A stretch of DNA of 43,285 nucleotides from Gemmatimonadales bacterium (GTDB lineage: Bacteria; Gemmatimonadota; Gemmatimonadetes; Gemmatimonadales; GWC2-71-9). Location of the stretch: assembly GCA_036443495.1 (NCBI GenBank), contig JAZFYL010000006.1:1-43285 (forward strand). The letters run 5' to 3'. A model generated the notes under the pieces. The model saw nothing but the letters and a program-made list of their open reading frames with translations. It was not told the origin of the DNA and made no database searches. Positions 1 through 8,620 of the stretch are shown piece by piece. The position numbers were made by a program, and so were the translations under genes. Each line of letters opens with the position of its first letter. Position 1 is the stretch's first letter.

Positions 1-590
1 CGTAACTCGAGGTCGATCTCGCCACCGGTCCAACCGCCAACGGCGCGGACTTCGCCGGTCACGACCAGCGTGTCGCCCGCGGTCATTCTGTCGGGTCCGC
101 GGACCCGTGTGACTGCGAGGGTGGGACCGCCGGTCCCGGGGAGCAGGTGCACCCCCACGTCGGCCATTAGTCCACGGGGCAGTTCCGCACCGTCGTCGAG
201 TTGCCCGTCGCTGACGATCTCGACCGTCCGACCCATCCCCAAGGCGCCCTGGAGCGTAGTGCGAAGCTGCGAGCGACCTCGCACGACCGGATCGGTGGCC
301 GGCCGGGCATCGCCGAAGTACAGCAGCTCTCCCACGGTGGCGAGCGAATCCGCCAACTGGCTGAACCTCGCCGAATCGCTCCGCATGCTGAGGGAGCCGT
401 CGAGCAGAATCACCGGCGACTCGGTGCCCCCTGGCGCGGGGCAACTCAGGTTGATCAAGAGGATGCCCAAACCGGCCCAGGCAAAGCTGCGGCACAGAAA
501 CGGAAGCCAGGCCCGCCGACCCAGACGTTCGATCCCGAAATAGGTGAGTGCGGCGGCTCCCACCGCCAGCAGAACGATTGCGAATGTCAT
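1..590 (-). CDS. Partial (3' end beyond the window) membrane protein with two N-terminal TM helices and a vWA-like domain
   Basis: My own minus-strand translation from the ATG at 590: MTFAIVLLAVGAAALTYFGIERLGRRAWLPFLCRSFAWAGLGILLINLS... then 'VILLDGSLSM', a DxSxS MIDAS-like motif. The frame stays open to position 1, so it is missing from the ORF track for lack of a stop. No Shine-Dalgarno sequence seen. Confidence 0.45.
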   Translation of the reverse strand, partial: MTFAIVLLAVGAAALTYFGIERLGRRAWLPFLCRSFAWAGLGILLINLSCPAPGGTESPVILLDGSLSMRSDSARFSQLADSLATVGELLYFGDARPATDPVVRGRSQLRTTLQGALGMGRTVEIVSDGQLDDGAELPRGLMADVGVHLLPGTGGPTLAVTRVRGPDRMTAGDTLVVTGEVRAVGGWTGGEIDLEL

Positions 591-617
591 GGGAGGAACA
601 GCCGCGGACGTGTCGGG

Positions 618-1865
618 TTACTCACCGACCTGGGCGAAGGATCCGGGAATCGTCGTATACAACTGCCGCTGCAGTCGTTGCCGTTCGGTCTCGAAAGCAT
701 CCCGATCCTGGTCCCCGATCGGATCACCGTTGCCGAAGTCCACGGCAAGCGGATTGCGAGGTCGGCCGTTGTCACGAAACTCGTAGTGAAGATGCGGGGC
801 CGTCGCCAGTCCAGTCATCCCGACGTAGCCCACGGTTTGGCCCTGGGTAACACGCGTCCCCACACGGAGGCTCCTGGCGAATCCGCTCAAATGCGCATAC
901 CGGGTGGTGATGCCGTTCTTGTGGCGCAATTCGACGAGGCGCCCATACCCCCCCGCCCAGCCTGCCCGGATCACCACGCCGTCGCCCGTCGCCATGACCG
1001 ACGTCCCCGCGTTGGCGGCGTAGTCGATGCCGACATGTTTCCGCATACTGCCCAGCACGGGATGGCGCCTGGCGTAGCTGAATCGCGAGGAGATGCGGCG
1101 GAATCGGACCGGGTATCGCAGGAAGGCCCGCCGCAACGACAATCCCTGGTCGTCGTAATATGCGAGCGAACTGTCGGCATGGGTAAAGCGGTACGCCGCC
1201 AGATTGTGCCCAGTAATGGTGAGGTCACTCGCCAGGATGCGGCCGAATCGAACCTTGCCTTCATCGGAGATTTCCCGCTCGACCAGCACCTGGAAGTAGT
1301 CGCCCGGACGAATGTCGCGCGTGAAATCCACGGTCCAGGCATAGATCTCGGCCAGTTCCCATGCCAATCGCGTGCGCTCGCCGCGGTTGAGTGTCGTGTC
1401 GGGAACCTTGTCGTCCAACGCCAAATAGAGCGAGTGATCGATGGCCCCTTCGAGCCGTACCACGTCTGGACGCCAGGCGATGGTGTCGATCGACGCCTCC
1501 CACGTACCACCGGCATACTGATAGCGCACGATGCGATCGGTATCGGGCCGCACGCGCACCTCGACCGGCGTCCCCTCGGGGAGTTCGAGGACGAACGTGA
1601 ATACCAGTCCTGCTCGGAGCCGGCGGGGATCGAGGGCCGTCTCGTTGACGAACTGCGTCAGGGCCAAGCCACTTACGCCGCGACGGTCGAACAGCTCGGA
1701 GATCGTCTCCCCCCATCGCAGGGTGTCGCTCACTGTTTCGAAGGCCCGTGTCACGACCACGGGCGGAGCCACCGGCAGTGGACTGGGACGCCGGATGACG
1801 ACGGCCCCGCCGATCACGATCACGGCGAAGCCGAAGAGTAGAATGGTGGTGCGTCGAGCCATCAA
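618..1865 (-). CDS. Membrane-anchored M23/LytM-family peptidoglycan endopeptidase (MepM-like)
   Basis: N-terminal TM 'TTILLFGFAVIVIGGAVVI'. M23 metal-binding motifs 'HVGIDYAA' (HxxxD) and 'APHLHYEF' (HxH). Its start overlaps the ftsZ stop (1862-1865). Confidence 0.85.
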   Translation of the reverse strand: MMARRTTILLFGFAVIVIGGAVVIRRPSPLPVAPPVVVTRAFETVSDTLRWGETISELFDRRGVSGLALTQFVNETALDPRRLRAGLVFTFVLELPEGTPVEVRVRPDTDRIVRYQYAGGTWEASIDTIAWRPDVVRLEGAIDHSLYLALDDKVPDTTLNRGERTRLAWELAEIYAWTVDFTRDIRPGDYFQVLVEREISDEGKVRFGRILASDLTITGHNLAAYRFTHADSSLAYYDDQGLSLRRAFLRYPVRFRRISSRFSYARRHPVLGSMRKHVGIDYAANAGTSVMATGDGVVIRAGWAGGYGRLVELRHKNGITTRYAHLSGFARSLRVGTRVTQGQTVGYVGMTGLATAPHLHYEFRDNGRPRNPLAVDFGNGDPIGDQDRDAFETERQRLQRQLYTTIPGSFAQVGE

Positions 1866-3007
1866 TCCATTTGCCGGCGGATAAACGTTGGGATCTCCAT
1901 CTCGGGGACTTCCCCGGCAGTATCGGACGTCTGCTGCGACGTCTGAGTTTCCGGCTTCGCCGTCTGTGCGGGTCCCGTGCTGGCCCGCCGCTGGGCCGGG
2001 AAACTCAGGATTCCCGCACTCCGGGATGCCGCTTCCCCGGTCACTTGTCTGTCAAAGCCGGTGGCGATGACGGTCACTCGCACCTCTCCCTCCATGGCCG
2101 GATCCGTGGCGGAGCCGAAGATGATCTCCGCCTCTTCGCCGGCGGCGTCATGGATAATCTCATTGATCTGGGTGGCCTCGCCGAGCGTGAGGTCCTCGCC
2201 GCCGGTGATGTTGATCAACACGCCGGTCGCCCCCGCAATGGAAACGTTGTCCAGCAACGGACTGGCAATTGCCTGCTGGGCCGCCTCCATCGCCCGGTTT
2301 TCGCCGCGGCCGACACCGGTCCCCATCAGGGCCGCCCCGCCGTTCTGCATGATGGTACGGACATCGGCGAAATCGACATTGATGATGCCGGTGGAGGTGA
2401 TCAGCGTAGCGATACCCTGGGTGGCGTGGAGCAGCACCTCATCTGCCTTCTTCAAGGCATCCTGGAAGGGTATCCCCTTCCCCACGACAGCCAGTAGCCG
2501 CTCGTTCGGTACCACGATCATGGTATCGACGTTCTTGCGCATCTCGGCAATGCCCATTTCGGCCTGCCGCATGCGCTTGCGACCCTCGAAGAGGAAGGGT
2601 TTGGTGACGATCCCCACTGTGAGAGCGCCGATGTCACGAGCCAGTTGGGCAATAATCGGCGCGGCGCCCGTCCCGGTGCCGCCACCCATACCGCATGTCA
2701 CGAACACCAGATCAGAGTTCTGGATGCAGTTCAGGACTTCATCCTTGTTCTCTTCGATCGCCTGGCGCCCGATCTCCGGGCGGGCGCCGGCACCGAGCCC
2801 GCGCGTCAACTTCTTCCCGATTTGTACCTTCATATCGGACTTCGAGTGACCCAAGGCCTGGGAATCGGTGTTCACCGAGATGAACTCGACTCCGCCCAAC
2901 CGTTCGTCGATCATCCGGTTGACAGCATTGCCACCACCACCACCGACGCCGACCACCTTCATGCGGGCGTTTTGCGCGCTCTGGTCGTCTTCCAGCTCGA
3001 AGATCAT
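1862..3007 (-). CDS. ftsZ: Cell division protein FtsZ
   Basis: 'KVVGVGGGGGNAVNRM' and the tubulin signature 'GMGGGTGTGAAPIIAQ'. I moved the start to the ATG at 3007 (MIFELEDD..., GAGAGG upstream) instead of the ORF-track 3115. Confidence 0.95.
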   Translation of the reverse strand: MIFELEDDQSAQNARMKVVGVGGGGGNAVNRMIDERLGGVEFISVNTDSQALGHSKSDMKVQIGKKLTRGLGAGARPEIGRQAIEENKDEVLNCIQNSDLVFVTCGMGGGTGTGAAPIIAQLARDIGALTVGIVTKPFLFEGRKRMRQAEMGIAEMRKNVDTMIVVPNERLLAVVGKGIPFQDALKKADEVLLHATQGIATLITSTGIINVDFADVRTIMQNGGAALMGTGVGRGENRAMEAAQQAIASPLLDNVSIAGATGVLINITGGEDLTLGEATQINEIIHDAAGEEAEIIFGSATDPAMEGEVRVTVIATGFDRQVTGEAASRSAGILSFPAQRRASTGPAQTAKPETQTSQQTSDTAGEVPEMEIPTFIRRQMD

Positions 3008-3035
3008 GACATGTCCTCTCAGGCCCGAATTACCG

Positions 3036-4286
3036 TCAGAAGAAATCCTGGAGCCACCGCTTGACAGGTCCCAACAGCTTTTCCACGGCGGGCGACCGGC
3101 GCCCACCGACCCCACTGAATCCGCTCAACGCTACTTGGTAGGCGCCGTACAAGACAAGCCCCGCGCCTACTGCCATGCGGGCCGATTCCACGCTGTCCGC
3201 CAAGCCCGTGAGCCGCTCCCCTGGAATGCCGACCCGGACGGGCATGGCAAAGACCTCACGGCCCAACTCTACCATGCCGGGGGCCAAGGCTCCACCACCA
3301 GTCAGAATCACCCCGGCGGGGAGTCGATCCTGGTACCCGGCCCTCGCGATTTCGTTGGACGCGAATTCGAGGATCTCCTGCATGCGCGCGTGCATGATGT
3401 GGGCGAGGACCCGGCGCTCAGCGGTGCGTTGGCCCTGTCCAGGGGTGCTTGGGAGATCGATAACCTCGTCATCGGCCACCATCGGCTCGTAGGCCGCCCC
3501 GTTGCGGCGTTTGAGACGCTCCGCATCCTGTTGGGTAACTTGCAGCCCCTGGACGATATCTCCCGTAACGTGCCCGCCGGCACATAACAACGATCCCGTG
3601 TGCCGGATCTTCCCACCGGAGAAGATGGACACATTGGTAGAGCCGCCTCCCAGATCGATCAAGGCACAGCCGAGATCGCGCTCGTCCGCCGTCAGCACCG
3701 CTCGCGACGCCGCCAGTGGCTCCAGAACGAACTCGCCCACGTGGTACCCGGCACGCTCGACGCATTTGCCGAGGTTCTGCAGAACGCTCGACAACACGGT
3801 CACCAGATAGACCTCAGCTTCCAGGCGCGATCCCGTCATACCGATGGGATCGCTGATGCCCGACTGCTGATCGATCAAGTAGTCCAACGGGATGCCGTGC
3901 AGCAACTCGTGGTCCTGCCCGAACGACACGTTCGAGGCCACGTCATTCACCCGCGCCACATCCTCCGTTCGGATTTCTTCACCCGTGACCGACACCACGC
4001 CGTGTGAGGTCCGACCAGCAACGTGTTCGCCCGCCACTCCCGCGTAAACGGTGTCGACTTCGAGCCCGGCCATGCGCTCCGCGTCTTTCATGGCCTTGGC
4101 GATGGCTCGCGTGGTTTCCTCGATGCCTCTTACAACCCCCCGGCGGATCCCCGAGTTGGCTTCGATTCCCACGCCCAGAATCCTGGCCTTGGTGTCCCGG
4201 GCATCGCCCGCCGCGTCGGCAATCACCGCAACCACCTTGGTGGATCCCAAATCCAGGCCCGCGACCAAACGCGGCGGGCCACTCAT
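3036..4286 (-). CDS. ftsA: Cell division protein FtsA (actin-like ATPase)
   Basis: 'VAGLDLGSTKVVAVIA', 'ALIDLGGGSTNVSIF', 'GVILTGGGALAPGM'. Lies between ftsQ and ftsZ. Confidence 0.93.
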   Translation of the reverse strand: MSGPPRLVAGLDLGSTKVVAVIADAAGDARDTKARILGVGIEANSGIRRGVVRGIEETTRAIAKAMKDAERMAGLEVDTVYAGVAGEHVAGRTSHGVVSVTGEEIRTEDVARVNDVASNVSFGQDHELLHGIPLDYLIDQQSGISDPIGMTGSRLEAEVYLVTVLSSVLQNLGKCVERAGYHVGEFVLEPLAASRAVLTADERDLGCALIDLGGGSTNVSIFSGGKIRHTGSLLCAGGHVTGDIVQGLQVTQQDAERLKRRNGAAYEPMVADDEVIDLPSTPGQGQRTAERRVLAHIMHARMQEILEFASNEIARAGYQDRLPAGVILTGGGALAPGMVELGREVFAMPVRVGIPGERLTGLADSVESARMAVGAGLVLYGAYQVALSGFSGVGGRRSPAVEKLLGPVKRWLQDFF

Positions 4287-4975
4287 GCCGGCCTCCGTCG
4301 GACGACCACCTGGTCTTCGAAGCGCCCGTCCAGCTCCCGAAACGGCCGGCCTTGCGACTCCAGATCCCGTTCCACGGCGACGATCGCACGGATTACCGCG
4401 GCGGTCGCATCCACCCGCAGCCAGATTCGTTCTCGGTCCAGGGTCAGCAATACATCGTCCTCAACCCGTCTCGCAGTGGAAACTCTGGCAAACAATACCG
4501 GATCGACCATGCGGATCCGGCCCAATAATCCGGCCGCGGCAGAATCAGGCGTTGCCAGCACCGGCAAATCCGGCGCTGAGCGGCTGGGATCGAACGGCAA
4601 GGCGATCCCCGCCGCGTCGATCAAAACCATCCGGCCTTCCCCGGGACTGAGGGCGACCGGTGTGGTTTCGTCAATAATAAGGCGCACCGTGCCGGGAAGC
4701 AGCCGTCGCACCGCTACAGCCGTGACGCCCGGCATCTCCGCCACCCGGTCCCGATTGTCATCCCACGGATCGAAAACACTGGCCGAGTCAGGGGCGGCAA
4801 AAGCATCCAGGATCGCGTCGGCCGGCAGGTACCGAACCCCAACCAACTCGATCCGGCGCAGCCGAAAGAAATCGACCCGGCGCAAACCGACGGGGACGAG
4901 AAACCACAGCGCCGCTGCCAACACCGCGCCGCCCACCGCCCACAACCCTAGCTTCAGGCCGGGTCGCGCAGCCAC
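4283..4975 (-). CDS. ftsQ: Cell division protein FtsQ (bitopic, POTRA domain)
   Basis: TM 'LGLWAVGGAVLAAALWFLV' followed by the POTRA-like 'FRLRRIELVGVRYLPADAILDA'. Conserved position upstream of ftsA, with a 4-nt overlap with ftsA. Confidence 0.75.
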   Translation of the reverse strand: MAARPGLKLGLWAVGGAVLAAALWFLVPVGLRRVDFFRLRRIELVGVRYLPADAILDAFAAPDSASVFDPWDDNRDRVAEMPGVTAVAVRRLLPGTVRLIIDETTPVALSPGEGRMVLIDAAGIALPFDPSRSAPDLPVLATPDSAAAGLLGRIRMVDPVLFARVSTARRVEDDVLLTLDRERIWLRVDATAAVIRAIVAVERDLESQGRPFRELDGRFEDQVVVRRRPA

Positions 4976-6327
4976 TGGACAAGTTCCCGCCCCACGCGGG
5001 TTACGTCGCCCGCGCCAAGCGTGAGAACGGCGTCCCCTGGCCGCAGGGTCTCGTAGACCTTCTGCTCCAGGAGGGCCCGATCCGGCTCGTATACCGTGTC
5101 GACGCCTGCCGCGCGCGCTGCCACCGCCACCCGTTCACCGGTAACGCCGTCGATGGGATCCTCTCTGGCGGCGTAGACGTCGGTAACCACCACTAGATCG
5201 GCTCCGGCCAACGCTGTCCCCAGGGCCTCGCTCTCCCGCTGTGTCCGGGAATAAAGGTGCGGTTGAAAGACCACGACCAGTCTCCGGCCGGGGAAGGCCT
5301 GCCGGGCGGCCTCCAGGACCGCCACGACCTCGGACGGATGGTGTGCATAGTCATCGACGAATCCGATCCCCTTGGCCTCACCCAACCGTTCAAACCGCCG
5401 GCCAACACCCGTGAATCCCCGCAGGGCCTCTCCCGCAACCTCAGGGTCGATGCCGAGCTGATGGGCCACGCCCAAAGCGGCCAGAGCATTACGAACGTTG
5501 TGGAGCCCAGGTACCTGCAACTCCAGCCGCAACTCCTGTCCTTCTGGCAGAGAGACCAAGCACCGGGTGCCTGTCTGAGTTTGCTCGACGTCGGAAGCCG
5601 AGATGTCCCCGCACTCTATGCCGAAGCTAACAATATGGTTTAGAAGACCAGCGCTAACACGTTTTGCACCAACATCTTCTGCGGAAACCACTACCCTGTC
5701 AGCTCGGTTGAGAAATGAGGTGAAGGCCGCTTCCATTCCCGCAACGGAACCGTATGTATCGAGGTGCTCCGCCTCCACGTTCGTGACGACCGACAGCCAT
5801 GGTGACAGCTCCAGGAAGGCGCGATCGTACTCATCGGCTTCCACCACATAGAGGTCTCCCGTCCCGAGCGTCGCGTTGCCACCCCATCCAGCGACCCGTC
5901 CCCCAGCGATTCCGGTAGGGGACAATCCCGCGCTTCGGAGAACCTCACACACCATGACGGTGGTGGTCGTCTTTCCGTGCGTTCCGGCGATGCCGACCAC
6001 CCTGCCACCCGCAACGAGCTCCGCCAGAGCCTTCTTGCGAGGGATGACAGGGATACCAGTCGCTTCGGCGTACTCGATTTCGGGGCTCGCCGCCGGGATG
6101 GCAGCAGACACCACGAGGGCCCTGGCGCCTTCCAGATGACTCGGGCCATGCCCCTCCACCACCTGTACCCCAATCTCCGTCAGATCTCCCGCACCCGATG
6201 TGTCTATGTCGCAGCCACTCACCGCCACGCCGCGGTGGCGGGCGACCAGAGCCAGGGCGCTCATCCCAGCTCCGGCCACCCCCATGAAATGCACATGTCC
6301 GGTATCCGAGGGGCTAAAAAGATCCAT
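4954..6327 (-). CDS. murC: UDP-N-acetylmuramate--L-alanine ligase MurC
   Basis: 'HFMGVAGAGMSALA', P-loop 'GIAGTHGKTTTT', 'DDYAHHPSE'. Confidence 0.93.
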   Translation of the reverse strand: MDLFSPSDTGHVHFMGVAGAGMSALALVARHRGVAVSGCDIDTSGAGDLTEIGVQVVEGHGPSHLEGARALVVSAAIPAASPEIEYAEATGIPVIPRKKALAELVAGGRVVGIAGTHGKTTTTVMVCEVLRSAGLSPTGIAGGRVAGWGGNATLGTGDLYVVEADEYDRAFLELSPWLSVVTNVEAEHLDTYGSVAGMEAAFTSFLNRADRVVVSAEDVGAKRVSAGLLNHIVSFGIECGDISASDVEQTQTGTRCLVSLPEGQELRLELQVPGLHNVRNALAALGVAHQLGIDPEVAGEALRGFTGVGRRFERLGEAKGIGFVDDYAHHPSEVVAVLEAARQAFPGRRLVVVFQPHLYSRTQRESEALGTALAGADLVVVTDVYAAREDPIDGVTGERVAVAARAAGVDTVYEPDRALLEQKVYETLRPGDAVLTLGAGDVTRVGRELVQWLRDPA

Positions 6328-6360
6328 CGTTGAGTCGGTGGAGATGCGCTAATGTAAACA

Positions 6361-6373
6361 AACTTCAGAAGTT
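6361..6373. repeat. 13-bp palindrome AACTTC-A-GAAGTT in the murG-murC spacer
   Basis: Read directly in the 60-nt, relatively AT-rich intergenic spacer 6328-6387. Function unknown. Confidence 0.5.
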
Positions 6374-6387
6374 GCGAAACCCAGCAC

Positions 6388-7479
6388 TCACCGGAGGAGC
6401 GTCAACAACTCCCTCGCGATGTCCACGGAGGCGGTGGGTCTTCCCCGTTCGTTGGCCGCAACCGACATCTCGATCCGGGCCTCGGGATCCTTGACCAACG
6501 AGTCGACTCGAGCGCCAAACCGCTCGGGGGTGAGGTCGGCCTGGGGCAGAAACCACGCGGCCCCGGACCTGGCCATCGCCTCAGCATTGCGGGTTTGATG
6601 GTTCCCGGCGGCGGTGGGGAGCGGAATCAGGATGCTGGGGAGGCCCCAGGCGCATAGCTCTGCGACCGTCACCGCACCGGCACGACAAACTGCCACGTGC
6701 GCCACCGCATAAGCCTCCGCCATCGGGTCGAGAAAGTCGAAGACCTGGACACCGGGCGGCCGGTGATAGTGGACAAACTCCGGGTGGGTCGTCCGCCCGG
6801 TGATCCAGAGAACGTTGAGCCCCTGCCCTCCTCCTCTGTCCAGCCAGGCAGCAACGGTCCGGTTGATGGCCAAGGACCCTTGGGAGCCCCCTGCCACCAG
6901 GACGGTGGACGTTTCTGAATCCAATCCAAACCGGGCTCTAGCAGCCTCGCGAATCGAAAATTCGGGGCGGGCGACCGGGTTGCCGGTGTCGAACACCAGC
7001 GTATTCCGCCCCGGACGGAGGTATTCCCTGGACTCCGGCAGTCCCAGGTAGAGATGTCGGGCTTTGGGGCTCAACCACTTCGTGGCGAGGCCAGGAATAG
7101 CGTTCTGCTCTTGGAGAGCCGTAGGGAGGCCCAGCCGCTGGCCGTACCAGACGACCGGGGCCGAGGCGTAACCTCCTGTGCCAAGCACAGCTACGGGCCG
7201 CTCCTCGGCAAACAGGGCCGCCAAGCGGCTCCGCAGCCGGAACAGGACGAGGGGCCAGCGTCCATTGCGCCACCACTGGCGGCGGTAGACAGGTTCACTG
7301 GGCAACAGGTAGTACCGGAAATCGCGCGTGGGCAGGATCTCCCGCTCCACGCCACGACGGCTTCCAATCAAGACCGGTTCCACGGAGGAATCGAGTTCAC
7401 TGACGGTTTGCGCCAGGGCGAGCGCCGGCATGAGATGCCCGCCGGTGCCACCGCCCGCGATGAAGAGTACCCGGCTCAT
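6388..7479 (-). CDS. murG: Lipid II-forming GlcNAc transferase MurG
   Basis: 'LFIAGGGTGGHLMPALALA' and 'CRAGAVTVAELCAWGLPSILIP'. Position in the dcw cluster. Confidence 0.93.
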   Translation of the reverse strand: MSRVLFIAGGGTGGHLMPALALAQTVSELDSSVEPVLIGSRRGVEREILPTRDFRYYLLPSEPVYRRQWWRNGRWPLVLFRLRSRLAALFAEERPVAVLGTGGYASAPVVWYGQRLGLPTALQEQNAIPGLATKWLSPKARHLYLGLPESREYLRPGRNTLVFDTGNPVARPEFSIREAARARFGLDSETSTVLVAGGSQGSLAINRTVAAWLDRGGGQGLNVLWITGRTTHPEFVHYHRPPGVQVFDFLDPMAEAYAVAHVAVCRAGAVTVAELCAWGLPSILIPLPTAAGNHQTRNAEAMARSGAAWFLPQADLTPERFGARVDSLVKDPEARIEMSVAANERGRPTASVDIARELLTLLR

Positions 7480-7486
7480 GGGGCGC

Positions 7487-8620
7487 TCACTTGCGCACGC
7501 GCCCCCGTTGTCGTCCCACGTTCACGAGGATTCCGGTGCCGACCAGAGCGAAGACGAGGCTGGTCCGGCCATCGGACATGAAGGGAAGCGGCAGGCCCGT
7601 TGTCGGCAGCAGGGCAAGGGTCACGCCCATGTGCAGGACGGCGGTGATTCCCACCGCCGCGGTCAGTCCGGCGGCCACGTAGGTACCGAAGCGGTCCTTC
7701 GCAGTCCTGGCGATTCGGAAGCCCAGCCACAGGAAGGTGGCGAACAACCCAACAACCACCACGAGGCCCAGGAACCCCCATTCTTCCCCGATGGCCGCAA
7801 AGAGGAAGTCCGAATAAGCGAACGGGAGGTAGCCCAGCTTTTGATGGCCCTGTCCGAAGCCGACCCCAAACAAGCCGCCCGCACCAACGCCCATCAATGA
7901 CTGGTTGATCTGATAGGCGGCCTCGACCGGGGGGTCACCTCGATTCAGGAACGTGAGTGCTCTGGCGATGCGGTAGTCCGCCGTGCCGATCTGCTGCACC
8001 ACCAGCAACACGCCGGCTATTCCTAGAAGCAGGAAGTGGCCCAGCTTGGCGCCGGCGGTGAACAGGACGATCCCCCCAAGCAGCGCCACCAGGGTGGCCA
8101 TGGACAGGTTGGGCTCGAGCAGAATGAGAAGCGACACCGATCCCAGCACGAGGAGGAAGGGCACGACCCCCTTGCCGAATTTTCGGATCATATCGCCCTT
8201 CTTGGCGGCCAACATGGCGCACCAGATCACGATGGTAAGCTTGGCCACCTCGGATGGCTGGAAACTGATCGGGCCGAAGTCTATCCACCTCCGAGCGCCG
8301 TTGCGAAGCGGGGCGATGTCGTGGGTGAACGGCAGCAGCGGAACCACCAGGAAAACGATGGTGACGGTCAGCAGGGGCCAGGCCCACCGTTGCCAAATGT
8401 GGTAGTCGATGCGAGCAACGATCGACAGCAACAGGCCGCCCACGACCGCGCCGGTGAACTGGCGGACGGCAAAACTGGCTCCGGTTTCCCCAGGGGCGAC
8501 GAAGCTCGACGCACTGTAGGTATTGGCGATGCCAAACGCCACCATGATGGCGGTGATGGTCAACAAGAGGCGGGTCTCCCAACGCAAATCCGCCTCAGCC
8601 GCGGCGTGCTTCGCGCTCAC
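7487..8620 (-). CDS. ftsW: SEDS-family peptidoglycan polymerase FtsW
   Basis: Multi-TM protein with 'FQPSEVAKLTIVIW', 'LEPNLSMA' and 'LPLPFMSDGRTS'. I propose the GTG at 8620, overlapping the murD stop (GTGA), giving 377 aa. The ORF-track N-terminal extension to 8848 overlaps murD. Confidence 0.85.
   Translation of the reverse strand: MSAKHAAAEADLRWETRLLLTITAIMVAFGIANTYSASSFVAPGETGASFAVRQFTGAVVGGLLLSIVARIDYHIWQRWAWPLLTVTIVFLVVPLLPFTHDIAPLRNGARRWIDFGPISFQPSEVAKLTIVIWCAMLAAKKGDMIRKFGKGVVPFLLVLGSVSLLILLEPNLSMATLVALLGGIVLFTAGAKLGHFLLLGIAGVLLVVQQIGTADYRIARALTFLNRGDPPVEAAYQINQSLMGVGAGGLFGVGFGQGHQKLGYLPFAYSDFLFAAIGEEWGFLGLVVVVGLFATFLWLGFRIARTAKDRFGTYVAAGLTAAVGITAVLHMGVTLALLPTTGLPLPFMSDGRTSLVFALVGTGILVNVGRQRGRVRK

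Noticed and set aside
201-1841. 546-aa plus-strand ORF, plus other long plus-strand ORFs: 4023-5024, 11052-12011, 12155-13210, 24594-26234, 35479-36534 and 41421-42950.
   Set aside because: Each lies antisense to a minus-strand gene with unmistakable family motifs (M23, FtsQ, MurF, MurE, PATAN-TPR, CheA, IleS). Their translations are Arg/Gly/Pro-rich low-complexity sequence typical of shadow ORFs in GC-rich DNA, and no recognisable domains are present.
5600-5760. An internal promoter for ftsQAZ within the AT-rich murC patch.
   Set aside because: The best candidates (for example TTAGCG-N17-ATTGTT) lack the key -10 positions. I kept the compositional anomaly as a finding but not a promoter call.
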